Shown here in pieces: positions 48,411 to 58,671 of a stretch of DNA of 64,000 nucleotides. The stretch's first letter is position 1; every line of letters begins with the position of its first letter. The notes beneath the pieces were generated by a model. The model was not told the origin of the DNA and did no database searches. It saw only the letters and a program-made list of their open reading frames with translations. Both the position numbers and the translations under genes were made by a program. Where the stretch lies: positions 64,001-128,000 of the forward strand of contig CAZQQT010000001.1 in NCBI GenBank assembly GCA_964595645.1, written 5' to 3'. This DNA comes from an uncultured Thermococci archaeon. GTDB lineage: Archaea; Methanobacteriota_B; Thermococci; Methanofastidiosales; B48-G16.

Positions 48411-49288
48411 ACTCTAAAGGAATCAGCATACCTGATAATCTCGTTGCGTTTTTACTTTTTTCAATATCATTCGTGTACATAGTCTCTGTTATGTCCGGGT
48501 ACATTTCACCTTATTTAGAAAGAGAAGAGTACGGACAGGTAGCTATGGAAGGTTATACTGCACTGGAAAAGATAATTAGCGATCCGAGTGTGGGCATTGT
48601 AACGCGGGATCATGTATTAAATTACGATCAGTTGGTAGAGTTGAGAGCCGATCCTGACTCGTACGAGAAGTTGAAGGAAAATCTTAATGTAAGAAACGAC
48701 TTTGTGATTGAGATAGCATCGAACATTTTTACCGCTGACACAGTGGGTGTTGTGGGAAGTGATGAAGTGAATGCGACTCCTCCTATCGTCCCTCCAGAGG
48801 AATATGATTGGGAAACTACACCATTGAAATACACAGTACTTCCAGTAACTATCGGAGGAGAGGAATACGAAGTAATGAGTGTTCCCAAAGAGGTCGATGG
48901 CGAATGGGTTTACTGGAAGGTCTATATCGATACAAACAAAAACAGGGATTTTCAGGACGAAGTAGATCGAGGATTTTATGGATACGAAGACGGTACTCCT
49001 CGGAGCGGATTTATTGAAGGAGATATATTTCAGATTCAACAAGCTCCCACCCGAATCGAGAGTTTGCGCATAGTAGGCATCGACCCCAGAGGTTACAAAG
49101 TATATTTCCTGAATAAGAAGGCAGTAGATATATGGATCGGCGACCCATCGATGGTGAAATACTTTCCGGATGAGGGAAAGGAAGTTCCGACAGGAGGAAG
49201 CATAATAGCGGTTTATACCCGGTTAGTGCTCGTAGAGCAAAACGGAGAGCTACAGGAAAAAAGACTTATTTTCACGATGAGGGATTGA
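48407..49288 (+). CDS. Class III prepilin-like protein (minor pilin)
   Basis: MNSKG/ISIPDNLVAFLLF signal; ATGA overlap with the upstream gene. Confidence 0.72.
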   Translation: MNSKGISIPDNLVAFLLFSISFVYIVSVMSGYISPYLEREEYGQVAMEGYTALEKIISDPSVGIVTRDHVLNYDQLVELRADPDSYEKLKENLNVRNDFVIEIASNIFTADTVGVVGSDEVNATPPIVPPEEYDWETTPLKYTVLPVTIGGEEYEVMSVPKEVDGEWVYWKVYIDTNKNRDFQDEVDRGFYGYEDGTPRSGFIEGDIFQIQQAPTRIESLRIVGIDPRGYKVYFLNKKAVDIWIGDPSMVKYFPDEGKEVPTGGSIIAVYTRLVLVEQNGELQEKRLIFTMRD

Positions 49289-49290
49289 TC

Positions 49291-50370
49291 ATGGACAATA
49301 AGGCGTATATGAGGACACTCGAAGCATTTCTCTCTGCTATAATAATGATAATGGCTATCAGCTTCATGATGTCAGAGGAACAAATCAGCTATACTGCTGC
49401 TCCCAGTTCTGAAGTAGTAGAAGGAAAAAACTACGTATATGATGTCCTTGCAGTCATAGAAAACTCTAAAATCCATGGTCAAGGAAAATTATCCTATTAC
49501 ATAGCCCACAGAGACACTAGTAGTCTTCAAAGAGATATTGAGGGCTATATTGAGAAAGAGTATACCTATCAGATGGAAGTGTATAAAATGAGGAGTATTG
49601 TCGTGGATACAAGCAGTATTGCTGTCACCGATCCTGCTACGGGAGATCTTACCAATGGGTATACCATCACCTCTGATATGAACTACAATGATATCTGGCA
49701 CTACTACGAAGGGGGTCTTTTCGATCTGCCCATTACCGTTCGCATGTTAGTGACAGATCACAATGATGAACCAGGATACGATACACTCTATCTCAATTTT
49801 GATCATGACGATTCCAATTTTACCAACATGGATACGTGGGAGCATGGAGATTATTCATGGGAATTGTATAGTATGAGAGAATTGCAGGTGGGAGATGCCT
49901 TCCTCATCAAAAAAGAAGTGACAGATGAATACACCTTACTTTATAAGTATACTGTAAACAGAATTGCACCAGACGGAAAAAGTGTAGCGTTTTCCCTTGA
50001 AAAAGTTGATATGACGCTGTACACGCTCCCCTATGAGATTGATATTTTTGACTGGACAACACGTTTCTCCTATACCGATGGTACACTCACCGTCGAGTTG
50101 AATGAAAGTGGGGAGTACCGAACGCTTGCCCAGAATCTCGAGAAGGGGGATTTTGTAGAGATAAACAGATACATCGGATATATCAATTCCCTCAGTTCTG
50201 CGTACCTTTCAGTTGATTTCCATGGATACAAACACCAGATTATGGGAATGGGACGTGGAGGAAAGGTCCACACTGCTGTCTCTGCAAGAAGAATAATTAA
50301 CGTGAGAGAGGGCGATGATCTAGACATATATTATGTGTACCTCGTGAGGGGGAGGGGAGAAAGTGAATAA
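49291..50370 (+). CDS. Class III prepilin-like protein (minor pilin)
   Basis: MDNKA/YMRTLEAFLSAIIM signal; C-terminal VSARRII...IYYVYL. Confidence 0.72.
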   Translation: MDNKAYMRTLEAFLSAIIMIMAISFMMSEEQISYTAAPSSEVVEGKNYVYDVLAVIENSKIHGQGKLSYYIAHRDTSSLQRDIEGYIEKEYTYQMEVYKMRSIVVDTSSIAVTDPATGDLTNGYTITSDMNYNDIWHYYEGGLFDLPITVRMLVTDHNDEPGYDTLYLNFDHDDSNFTNMDTWEHGDYSWELYSMRELQVGDAFLIKKEVTDEYTLLYKYTVNRIAPDGKSVAFSLEKVDMTLYTLPYEIDIFDWTTRFSYTDGTLTVELNESGEYRTLAQNLEKGDFVEINRYIGYINSLSSAYLSVDFHGYKHQIMGMGRGGKVHTAVSARRIINVREGDDLDIYYVYLVRGRGESE

Positions 50371-53056
50371 AAAGTCTCAATTCTACCTGATCCTCACGGT
50401 GTTCATTGTGAGTGCATTTTTAGTGATCTCTTCTAGTCTGACCTCGTATAAAAAAACGACCCAGAGAACTATCGAGATCCCCTATTCCGATCTCCCCCAA
50501 GTTACGGCTTCCTTAGCGAATTCTGCAAGAAATAACTTAGAAATGGCATTTGAGATGGTAGAAACAACAGGGAATACCTCTTATCTCACAGAAGGTGTTT
50601 CAGATCTCGTTTCTGGACAATATCTCATACAAGAGGGAGAACTAGGCTATTTTTTAGATAATTTTGACCTCGGGGTCTATAATATTTCCGATCTTTCTGT
50701 TCTGGGTCCTGCAAGCTGTGAGATAGGCCTCCCTGAAGCTAAACTTTTTCAGGCTGCTGAGGAAGGTACTAATAAATATTCTATAGAGGCGACCCCGGGG
50801 GTGGGAAATATCCTAATAGAACTGAAGGACCCTTCCGTAGCGTTTGATTATCGAACAAATCCTTACGTATATAAAATCGATACAGACGAAGATGGGACGT
50901 ACGAGGAAGTCATATACCTTACCTACGACTATACGTCCTCCAGACGGCTCACAAAAGAGGACGAAACGTATATTCTGGGTGAAACTGCACGCGTGTACGC
51001 CGATGATAGCAACACTGTCTCACTAAAATTCAGTAATATGAAGGAGGAACACTTTTTCACCCTTAATTACCCAAGTATCACTGATGGAACAGATACCTAC
51101 TCTAAAGGAGAAATACTTGCAATAAAAGAGAACGATCAGATTCTCGGGTTGCTGATGGTTGGCAAGGTCGATGTTCAGAACAGATACATGGATTATATTG
51201 TTCTCAATCTTCAGAAAAAGCTGTCCGGTCAAGAAAAACGGAAAGTTACCTTCGATCCCTACCCAAAGGAGGGACTCAAAGATAACAGTATCTACTGCAA
51301 TGTGTACCCAGAGACAGCAAATCGTGGAGAAAAAGTTGTCATCACGTCCATTGTCCACAACAACCTTTCCACTGCGATTTCCGACGAAGATTTAGCATGT
51401 ATCTATAGAAAAACAGGTACAGGGAGTTTTGAAGGAAAGAACTTCTCGGAGATAGAACCTTTTGGCTTCTTTATTTCAGAACCCCTTGCAGAAAAAGCGT
51501 ACGAACAGGAAATAGAGGTAACTGATCCCGCCGTCATTGAAGAGATAGGATACCATAAAAACGTAGGGGTAGATGTACGAGATAGTGGAACAACCTTCGC
51601 TATCCTTGGGAATTCTGGAGATCTAAGTGATCTCCTGACTGACCCTATTGAACTCTCAGAGGGAGAATCAGCGAACTTTCTGGGGAGCTATATTAAAGTA
51701 GTGAGTATTGAGGGGACCGACTATCCCTTCACCGTAACTGTGATCTTGCGAAATCCGTATTTAACAGTTTCCAACGGAGAAATTCTCGATTACAATGATC
51801 TTCCCGGTTTGGATGAGGTCTATACGCTTAATGTACGGAACAGCGGTCTTTTCTTTGGCGATCTCAGTGGTGTCGAGCCAGGAGACTGTTATGCATTTTC
51901 TTCCACTAACTATACCTATGTTGATCTCGATGGAGATAGTGCATATGATTATAATGAGACAATTGTTTTAGATTCAGATGGAGATAGTACTTACGATTCT
52001 GGGGAGGAGATAAAGGGAATTCCTCCCGCAGAAGGAACATCTTTAACAACGTTTTTAGCCACACAACATTACCACTATGCCGATATCGGCGATGTTCCCG
52101 GCTCCTACGATTCCGGCGATGTGATTTTTGAGGATACTGATGGTGAAGGAGACTACGATGTGGGTGAGCCGGTGATCCCGACATTCCACACTGGTGATTT
52201 CTTTGTCCTCGAGGATTACCTTTGTTTCATCGAGTCATACGACGATACAGAAAATTTCTTCAGGGTGGTACCAGTGTATACGCGAGGACAGCAGGAATCC
52301 TTCAGTTCAGGGGATTACAGGATTTTTGAGGGATTTGATGTAAACTACAATCCAGAAGCCTCAAAACTAGCGAAGTTTGAGTATGGGGGAAAGGGATGGC
52401 ACTTCCACGATGTGAGCGACAATACTGATATTTACTTCAACTCGTACAGCACCGTCTACGATGAGAACGCTACTGTAGACGATGGTGCAGTGGATGATGG
52501 TCTTGTCTACGCGTTTTTTGATGGTGATACTACAGAAGTGTACGAACAGGACTTTTATTATTTCAACGATTACGACGCAGGAGAGGATAATACCTACACA
52601 CTCTCCGGCTACACAGCGTGGGTGTTGATTGAGCCTGCCGATGGAACTCATCCGGATCAGTTTGATTTGAAGATAGAGGACTATGAAGGATCAGGGGAGT
52701 TCACTATCACTAATATACGAGAAGGGGACACATTTTTTGTCGCAGGACAAGGGTATAAAGTCATGGGGATCACAGGAACTGGCGTCTTTTTTACTCCCGT
52801 CCATTCCTACCAGTTCAACGTGGTCAATAATCTGTACAAGAAGAAGACTCTCGAGCCCGATCCCATTACAGATGACACATTGCGGATTCAGCAGTATACT
52901 TCCTTTATGGACGTATATACGTTTTACCCCGAGAAAGTAGGAACTTATTCCATTTATATTACCTACTACTATTGGAATGACTTAAATAATGATGACAGTA
53001 TTACAGAAGATGAGATTACCGTAGTGAGAGAACAACGGACCTTCACAGTTACTTAA
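50363..53056 (+). CDS. Large class III prepilin-like protein (897 aa) with acidic Ca-binding repeats
   Basis: MNKKS/QFYLILTVFIVS signal; DLDGD, DSDGD, DTDGEG, DLNNDD loops. Confidence 0.75.
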   Translation: MNKKSQFYLILTVFIVSAFLVISSSLTSYKKTTQRTIEIPYSDLPQVTASLANSARNNLEMAFEMVETTGNTSYLTEGVSDLVSGQYLIQEGELGYFLDNFDLGVYNISDLSVLGPASCEIGLPEAKLFQAAEEGTNKYSIEATPGVGNILIELKDPSVAFDYRTNPYVYKIDTDEDGTYEEVIYLTYDYTSSRRLTKEDETYILGETARVYADDSNTVSLKFSNMKEEHFFTLNYPSITDGTDTYSKGEILAIKENDQILGLLMVGKVDVQNRYMDYIVLNLQKKLSGQEKRKVTFDPYPKEGLKDNSIYCNVYPETANRGEKVVITSIVHNNLSTAISDEDLACIYRKTGTGSFEGKNFSEIEPFGFFISEPLAEKAYEQEIEVTDPAVIEEIGYHKNVGVDVRDSGTTFAILGNSGDLSDLLTDPIELSEGESANFLGSYIKVVSIEGTDYPFTVTVILRNPYLTVSNGEILDYNDLPGLDEVYTLNVRNSGLFFGDLSGVEPGDCYAFSSTNYTYVDLDGDSAYDYNETIVLDSDGDSTYDSGEEIKGIPPAEGTSLTTFLATQHYHYADIGDVPGSYDSGDVIFEDTDGEGDYDVGEPVIPTFHTGDFFVLEDYLCFIESYDDTENFFRVVPVYTRGQQESFSSGDYRIFEGFDVNYNPEASKLAKFEYGGKGWHFHDVSDNTDIYFNSYSTVYDENATVDDGAVDDGLVYAFFDGDTTEVYEQDFYYFNDYDAGEDNTYTLSGYTAWVLIEPADGTHPDQFDLKIEDYEGSGEFTITNIREGDTFFVAGQGYKVMGITGTGVFFTPVHSYQFNVVNNLYKKKTLEPDPITDDTLRIQQYTSFMDVYTFYPEKVGTYSIYITYYYWNDLNNDDSITEDEITVVREQRTFTVT

Positions 53057-53303
53057 GTTTGCGTATTCTATCTGTATCTTTTAAGAGCCTTTCTCTTCTT
53101 TTTTTTGCTTTATTCGCTTCATCTTCCTTTTCACCTATTTTTATGAGATAGGTACCCAATAAAATAAGTAAAATGGCAGCACCTGTAAAGATAAGCATTG
53201 TAATTGGATTTTTTTCTTTCATAATATCTGAAATCGTTTGAAGTGCTATGACAGCCAAAAAAATAAAGCAAAAAGCACCTAAGATGGATTTCACGGATAC
53301 CAT
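53049..53303 (-). CDS. Small hypothetical 2-TM protein
   Basis: Two hydrophobic segments and a basic tail. Confidence 0.6.
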   Translation of the reverse strand: MVSVKSILGAFCFIFLAVIALQTISDIMKEKNPITMLIFTGAAILLILLGTYLIKIGEKEDEANKAKKRRERLLKDTDRIRKLK

Positions 53304-53454
53304 TGCATCACTAATTAATTATATTACTTTTTTACTTTTAAACTTTTTGTACTAACTCGTGAGGAGATAATGTTAAGAAAGACGTTACATCGCAGAAAAA
53401 TATAAAAAGACTTTGAAATAAAGAAGAGCAGGAAGATATTGTAGGGAGATCTGA

Positions 53455-53847
53455 ATGGAAGAAGAGCGATGGCTAAGACAATCGATAAAAGATTTAGAAA
53501 GTGCGAGAGATAGCTTGAGCAGTAATCACTGCGAGTGGTCCTGCTTTCAAGCGCAGCAGGCTGCTGAAAAAGCCCTTAAATCATTTCTTTACTCCAAGGG
53601 ACTACGAGCCATACTGACTCACTCAGTGAGAGATCTCACTATGAAATGTTCAGAATATCACACTGATTTTGAAACGCTCGTGGAGGAAGGAAAAATTTTG
53701 GATGCATTCTATATCTCGACACGGTATCCAAATGGATTGGTTGGGGAGAGTATCCCCGCAGAATATTACACGGAGGAGGACGCTGAGAAATGCATAAAGT
53801 ATGCCGAGTTGATATTGAAAACCGTGAGAAAATTTATGAAAAATTAA
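53455..53847 (+). CDS. HEPN domain protein
   Basis: WSCFQAQQAAEKALKS, THSV, YISTRYP. Confidence 0.9.
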   Translation: MEEERWLRQSIKDLESARDSLSSNHCEWSCFQAQQAAEKALKSFLYSKGLRAILTHSVRDLTMKCSEYHTDFETLVEEGKILDAFYISTRYPNGLVGESIPAEYYTEEDAEKCIKYAELILKTVRKFMKN

Positions 53848-54113
53848 AAGAACTTTCCGATGAATTAAAAAAAGAATATAATGCAACGATTTACCTGTAT
53901 GGATCGTTCGCCAAGGGGAGTTTTAATGAAGCAAGTGATATCGATCTCATTATCGTCGGTGAGTTCTCTGGAAGGATGCATGAACGGATAAAGACTATCT
54001 TAGATATGACACTATTACCTGTTGAACCTCTCGTGTATACAGAGGAGGAGTTCGACGGGATGAAGGAGAAACCATTTTTAAAAGAGATCCTGAAACACTC
54101 CATCGAGTTATGA
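53790..54113 (+). CDS. Minimal nucleotidyltransferase (MNT), partner of the HEPN protein
   Basis: LYGSFAKGSFNEASDIDL (GSX10DXD), PLVYTEEEF. Confidence 0.9.
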   Translation: MHKVCRVDIENREKIYEKLKELSDELKKEYNATIYLYGSFAKGSFNEASDIDLIIVGEFSGRMHERIKTILDMTLLPVEPLVYTEEEFDGMKEKPFLKEILKHSIEL

Positions 54114-54129
54114 AAACAGTCGCACAAAG

Positions 54130-55218
54130 TTATTCCCCAAGGAGATGCTCAATGAATACCGTCGCGTACTCTCCCTTCGGAAGAAAAAATTCACAGTGAA
54201 GCGTATCATTTTTGTGGTTCCAAGAGAAATCCTCGTATTCTCCTACGAGTTTCCTGTACGTCCCCCTCACACTTAAAAAAGGCAATTTTTCCATGGTGAA
54301 GTCTTCTAACGATACGTTTTCTCGTTTCAGCAGCATGTCAAGATCATTTTTCGTATCTCCGTACACACGAGTTTTATACCCTATGATGGGGAGCACCGGT
54401 GAGTACTCCCCTTTCCGCGCCCTTTCAAGAGTGGAGGCGGTCACCTTTGCGTACGCCCGCTTTTCGAACTTCTCGGTGCAGATAATATCACCTACGATAA
54501 TATCATGGAGATCCATTCGCTCCAGCCGCATGGTAAGGAGTTCGTTGAAAAGATAGCTTTGGTAGGCGTGAATGTACAGTCTTAGTACATGAGCGGGTAC
54601 CGATTTCAGCGCCTGGAGATAGTCTTCCCCACGAGCCAATTTTCTCAAGACTCGTTTTTCGTACGTATGCGGATACTGTTCGAGCAGTGTCTCGTACTCT
54701 TCGTTTTCTACTGCCTCCTCCATTCCCTCTTGCATTACCAGCGTTTTCACCGCTGCTTCGTAGTCACCTCTCACCATCTCACGTCCGACGTCTTCATTCC
54801 CCCCGAGCCGCTGTTCTCCGAAGCGATTGGGAAATGCGTCTGGAACAGTATTTGGTGGAGAAGAGACATCTCTCACAACGATTTCAAACCGATTCCCTCT
54901 ATGATCGCCTATCTGTATCTCATCCCCTCTCTCTATCTCCGAGATCGTGATATTTTTTAGGTCTATTGCGGAAAGATCCTCTCTTTCTACCCCCTTCACT
55001 GAAACCTTCTGTTGCGTGACAGCATGTTTGTCCTTCAATCCTGCGTAGCCAAACCGCTGAAAGGGAATCCCCATTTCCCTCGCGATCTTCTTTATCGCGC
55101 CTACTGTGTTTTCATTCCTCTTTTTCAGCGTGAAAATTACACAGTCATTCTTGCGGTGTGTGATATCTATCACTTCTTCTACGCAAAAATCTTCCGGATA
55201 CCGTTTTAAAGTTGGCAT
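54130..55218 (-). CDS. truD: tRNA pseudouridine(13) synthase
   Basis: PEDFCVEE, GYAGLKDKHAVTQQ, GNRFEI, PNRFGEQR, HAYQSYLFN, FFLPKGEYAT. Confidence 0.95.
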   Translation of the reverse strand: MPTLKRYPEDFCVEEVIDITHRKNDCVIFTLKKRNENTVGAIKKIAREMGIPFQRFGYAGLKDKHAVTQQKVSVKGVEREDLSAIDLKNITISEIERGDEIQIGDHRGNRFEIVVRDVSSPPNTVPDAFPNRFGEQRLGGNEDVGREMVRGDYEAAVKTLVMQEGMEEAVENEEYETLLEQYPHTYEKRVLRKLARGEDYLQALKSVPAHVLRLYIHAYQSYLFNELLTMRLERMDLHDIIVGDIICTEKFEKRAYAKVTASTLERARKGEYSPVLPIIGYKTRVYGDTKNDLDMLLKRENVSLEDFTMEKLPFLSVRGTYRKLVGEYEDFSWNHKNDTLHCEFFLPKGEYATVFIEHLLGE

Positions 55219-55220
55219 AA

Positions 55221-55709
55221 TTAGAAGGGGTATTCTTGTGCATCGACGTCGTAAATGACGAACTCTTCACCATCAAACGCCATGTTGATATTTGGCATCC
55301 TGAAAAACATGGGATAAATGAATCGAAGGTTATCTTCGTATAACTCATACCTCTCTCCATTTTTAGTGAGAATCACATACTCCCTGTACTCATCGTTGTA
55401 CCGGATATTTTCGATCTCCTTCGCGTCCAATTCCCGGATTCCTTCGCAGTATTTTTCCATTTTTTCGTGGTATATTGTACTGTTTTTAATGTCGAGGTAT
55501 ATAAGTCGGCAGAACATTACTCGTGTGTAGTAGTTCTGTAGCTCTTCCACGTACGCAAATTTATCGTACTTTTTGTGCCGTTTCCTTTTCTGTTTCTGCT
55601 GTCGTCGATAAAAATCTTTTGTATCCTCTACTTCTTTAATTATCTCCTTTTTTCTCTCGTGGAGTTTCTGAAGGATCTCTGTAATATCACCGAGGATCAC
55701 ATCTCTCAT
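55221..55709 (-). CDS. Hypothetical protein, probably co-transcribed with truD
   Basis: 162-aa ORF ending 2 nt before the truD start; TTTAAATA box upstream. Confidence 0.7.
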   Translation of the reverse strand: MRDVILGDITEILQKLHERKKEIIKEVEDTKDFYRRQQKQKRKRHKKYDKFAYVEELQNYYTRVMFCRLIYLDIKNSTIYHEKMEKYCEGIRELDAKEIENIRYNDEYREYVILTKNGERYELYEDNLRFIYPMFFRMPNINMAFDGEEFVIYDVDAQEYPF

Positions 55710-55857
55710 TGCTGAAGGTATCTCAATAAAATATTTAAAACTTTGGTAGGAGTTTGTAGAAAGTTTTACGAAAGTTTGTTACTTTATATTTGTCAGAATA
55801 TCAAAGATGTTGTTTTTTTGTAACCTGTTCTTTTTTACGCATCGTTCTAATTTTCTC

Positions 55858-56214
55858 TTACTTACTTGTTTTTTTGAATCCCAATTTTTTTATCAGATCT
55901 AAAGTTTTTTCTCTTTTCTTTTTATCTTTCGCAGATGTTTCATCAAGATAAAAGGGACAATTATTTTTCCTTGTATCCCGCTCTCCTACTACTTGGACAA
56001 CGTAGTCACATAACGCACATCTCTTATCTTCTCCAACCCCCGTTATTTCTATTTCCGGAATATTGTTCCATACAGAAACTTCAAAATACGGAGGACCTTT
56101 GATAGAAGAATTGTCATATATCTTTTTCATTGCTTTTGAGAGTACTTCTTGAACTTCTTTCTCTGTGTTATTGAAAATCCTCAAATAGCACTTGAACAAT
56201 CTCATTTGTACCAC
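55858..56214 (-). CDS. Hypothetical protein (AT-rich)
   Basis: 118-aa ORF with CALC and a distal Cys; no family recognised. Confidence 0.55.
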   Translation of the reverse strand: MVQMRLFKCYLRIFNNTEKEVQEVLSKAMKKIYDNSSIKGPPYFEVSVWNNIPEIEITGVGEDKRCALCDYVVQVVGERDTRKNNCPFYLDETSAKDKKKREKTLDLIKKLGFKKTSK

Positions 56215-56266
56215 CCATTTTAATTACTATAATACACATCGTGAAGTTTTTATCGTTTTCGGTTAT

Positions 56267-56356
56267 TCAAATTGTTATTTCAATTCGATATCTCTCAATT
56301 TCACTACCTTTATTTCCTGTCAAAAAAAGGATATGGGTATCAACGACAAGCTTCAT
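56267..56356 (-). pseudogene. PIN-domain (VapC-like) toxin remnant
   Basis: MKLVVDTHILF matches the PIN first-strand consensus (xxVVDTNxL); stops after 29 codons. Confidence 0.5.
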
Positions 56357-56626
56357 CTAAATCTTCTAATTTCAAGCCTTTTTCCTTCATTTTTCCCCTA
56401 AACTTTTCACTTACCTTTAAGAATTTTATTTTTTTTATATATCACTGTTGTTTCCCCCAATGAGTTCATCCATACTTCTCTTCCTCTATTTTTAGTTTCA
56501 AAATTTTTTGTTTTTTTGAGATACTCTTTCACTTGTTATAATCTTATAAAGTTTTCTCAGCTTTTACCCATAAAATGAGGTACCGGTCCACCATATCCAA
56601 AGAACATGTTACCATACAATGTATCC

Positions 56627-57061
56627 CTATACGTTCTTACTTCCTCGAGTATCCAAGCATCGATTACAGAGCATATCACACCGTTCGATATACTTGTTCT
56701 CCCGTGGGACGTGAGAGAACTCCACTCCCTCAAAATGTCTGCAGAGAGAGTAGACGGTGTCACGTAGGTCAGCAAGATGTTGTTTATTTGTTCTATACAC
56801 ACGATTTATCTGTTTCACGGCAAGTTCGCTGTCAGAATACACGGTGATTTTCTCCGATGTAGACTCCTGCGCTCTTTTCAGCGCATTGATAATCGCACTG
56901 TACTCTGCGGTGTTGTTTGTGCTTTCTCCGAGATAACCACAGTCCTCATCGAGTACCTCCCCATTTTTGACAAGGACAAATGCCCATGCAGCAGGACCAG
57001 GATTTCCCCGTGACGCTCCATCGGTGTAGATCTGCAGAGATCCAGTATCAGCAGTATTCAT
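56627..57061 (-). CDS. rnhA: Ribonuclease HI
   Basis: YTDGASRGNPGP, TNNTAEY, YSDSEL, HVPREN..CD. Confidence 0.93.
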   Translation of the reverse strand: MNTADTGSLQIYTDGASRGNPGPAAWAFVLVKNGEVLDEDCGYLGESTNNTAEYSAIINALKRAQESTSEKITVYSDSELAVKQINRVYRTNKQHLADLRDTVYSLCRHFEGVEFSHVPRENKYIERCDMLCNRCLDTRGSKNV

Positions 57062-57101
57062 ATGACTTCTCTCTCATATGTGTTCAAATGAAAAATAGAA
57101 G

Positions 57102-57386
57102 TTATCTTGCAAAAAGTTCCCTTTTCGATGTCTTTTTTGGAAGCCTCTTCGCGTCTACGATGATATAATCCTTAATTGCATAAAAAGCTCCAAAAGGAAT
57201 GAGAACAAATCCTTCTTTGTCTGTCATTAACTCCTTTTCAACACCCTCTGTAGCCGGATCAACGATGAAAGCCATCACCTTTCCTGTATCGTTATCGGTT
57301 ACAATATCAAAAAGTGTTCCTATTTCGTGTCCCTGTTCTGTCACTACCCGTCTATCTCTCAGTCTACTCGCTGCAATTTTTGCCAT
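57102..57386 (-). CDS. PRC-barrel protein (CdpB-like)
   Basis: VVTEQGHEIGTLFDI..DTGKV, LIPF..AIKDYIIV. Confidence 0.82.
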   Translation of the reverse strand: MAKIAASRLRDRRVVTEQGHEIGTLFDIVTDNDTGKVMAFIVDPATEGVEKELMTDKEGFVLIPFGAFYAIKDYIIVDAKRLPKKTSKRELFAR

Positions 57387-57513
57387 GACAGATATGTTTC
57401 GTGTGGAGGAAATAAAAAGGTTTCTGCATTCCGTCCAAAAATATAACTATTAGTAATGATACCGAGGGAAAAATATATAAAAATATCCATTACGGAACTA
57501 CTATCGTGATACC

Positions 57514-58671
57514 ATGAAGAAACTTTTTACCTCTGAATCTGTCACAGAAGGGCATCCAGATAAAATAGCCGATCAAATATCGGATGCTGTACTGGATGCA
57601 ATCATCGCTGAGGACACACAGTGTAGAGTTGCGTGTGAGACGCTTGTGAGTACTGGCCTCTGTCTCATCGCCGGTGAAATTACCACAGAGACATACGTGG
57701 AACTGCGCGACATTGTGAGGGGAACGATACGGGATATAGGCTATACAGAACCAGAATATGGATTTGATTACGAAAACTGTTCCGTACTAGCGGCAATAGA
57801 AGAACAGAGCCCCGATATTGCCAGAGGCGTGAACAAAGGTGACGAGGAAGAACAGGGGGCTGGAGATCAGGGGCTGATGTTTGGATATGCCACGAACGAA
57901 ACGAAAAATTTGATGCCCATGCCGCTGGATTTTGCCCATAAACTCACAAAAAGACTTGCGGAAGTACGAAAAAAGAAAATACTAGACTATTTACGGCCAG
58001 ATGGGAAATCTCAAGTAACAATAGAGTACAATAATGATAGTTCCCCAAAACGCATTGAGGCCATTGTCATCGCTGCACAACACGACGAGGATGTTGATGA
58101 GGAGACAGTGAGAGAGGATATCGAAGAGCATGTGATTGAAACAGTTGTTCCGCCGGAATTCCTCGATAAAGATACCTCATACCACGTGAATGCGACAGGC
58201 CGCTTTGTGAGAGGAGGTCCCGCGGCGGACGCAGGTCTTACCGGAAGGAAGATCATCGTTGATACGTACGGTGGTGTGGGAAGCCATGGCGGAGGCTGTT
58301 TCTCAGGAAAGGATCCTTCCAAGGTGGATAGATCGGCATCCTACATGGCGCGGTACATCGTCAAGAATGTCGTTGCTGGAGGGCTGGCCGATGAGTGTGA
58401 GCTTCAGATCGCCTATGCCATTGGTGTGGCGAACCCCGTGTCACTGTTCATCGACTGCCGCGGAACGGAGAAAGTAGATATAGAGCAGATCGAGGACGCG
58501 ATACACAATAATTTCAATCTTCGACCGGCAGAGATCATCAAGCATCTGGATCTACTGAGGCCGATCTACAAAAACACAGCTGCCTACGGGCATTTTGGAA
58601 GAAACAACCCTGATTTCACATGGGAAAAAACAGATATGGCCGATGTATTACGAGAGGAGGTCGGGCTTTAG
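57514..58671 (+). CDS. metK: S-adenosylmethionine synthetase, bacterial/eukaryotic type
   Basis: [63 protein letters not shown]. Confidence 0.96.
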   Translation: MKKLFTSESVTEGHPDKIADQISDAVLDAIIAEDTQCRVACETLVSTGLCLIAGEITTETYVELRDIVRGTIRDIGYTEPEYGFDYENCSVLAAIEEQSPDIARGVNKGDEEEQGAGDQGLMFGYATNETKNLMPMPLDFAHKLTKRLAEVRKKKILDYLRPDGKSQVTIEYNNDSSPKRIEAIVIAAQHDEDVDEETVREDIEEHVIETVVPPEFLDKDTSYHVNATGRFVRGGPAADAGLTGRKIIVDTYGGVGSHGGGCFSGKDPSKVDRSASYMARYIVKNVVAGGLADECELQIAYAIGVANPVSLFIDCRGTEKVDIEQIEDAIHNNFNLRPAEIIKHLDLLRPIYKNTAAYGHFGRNNPDFTWEKTDMADVLREEVGL

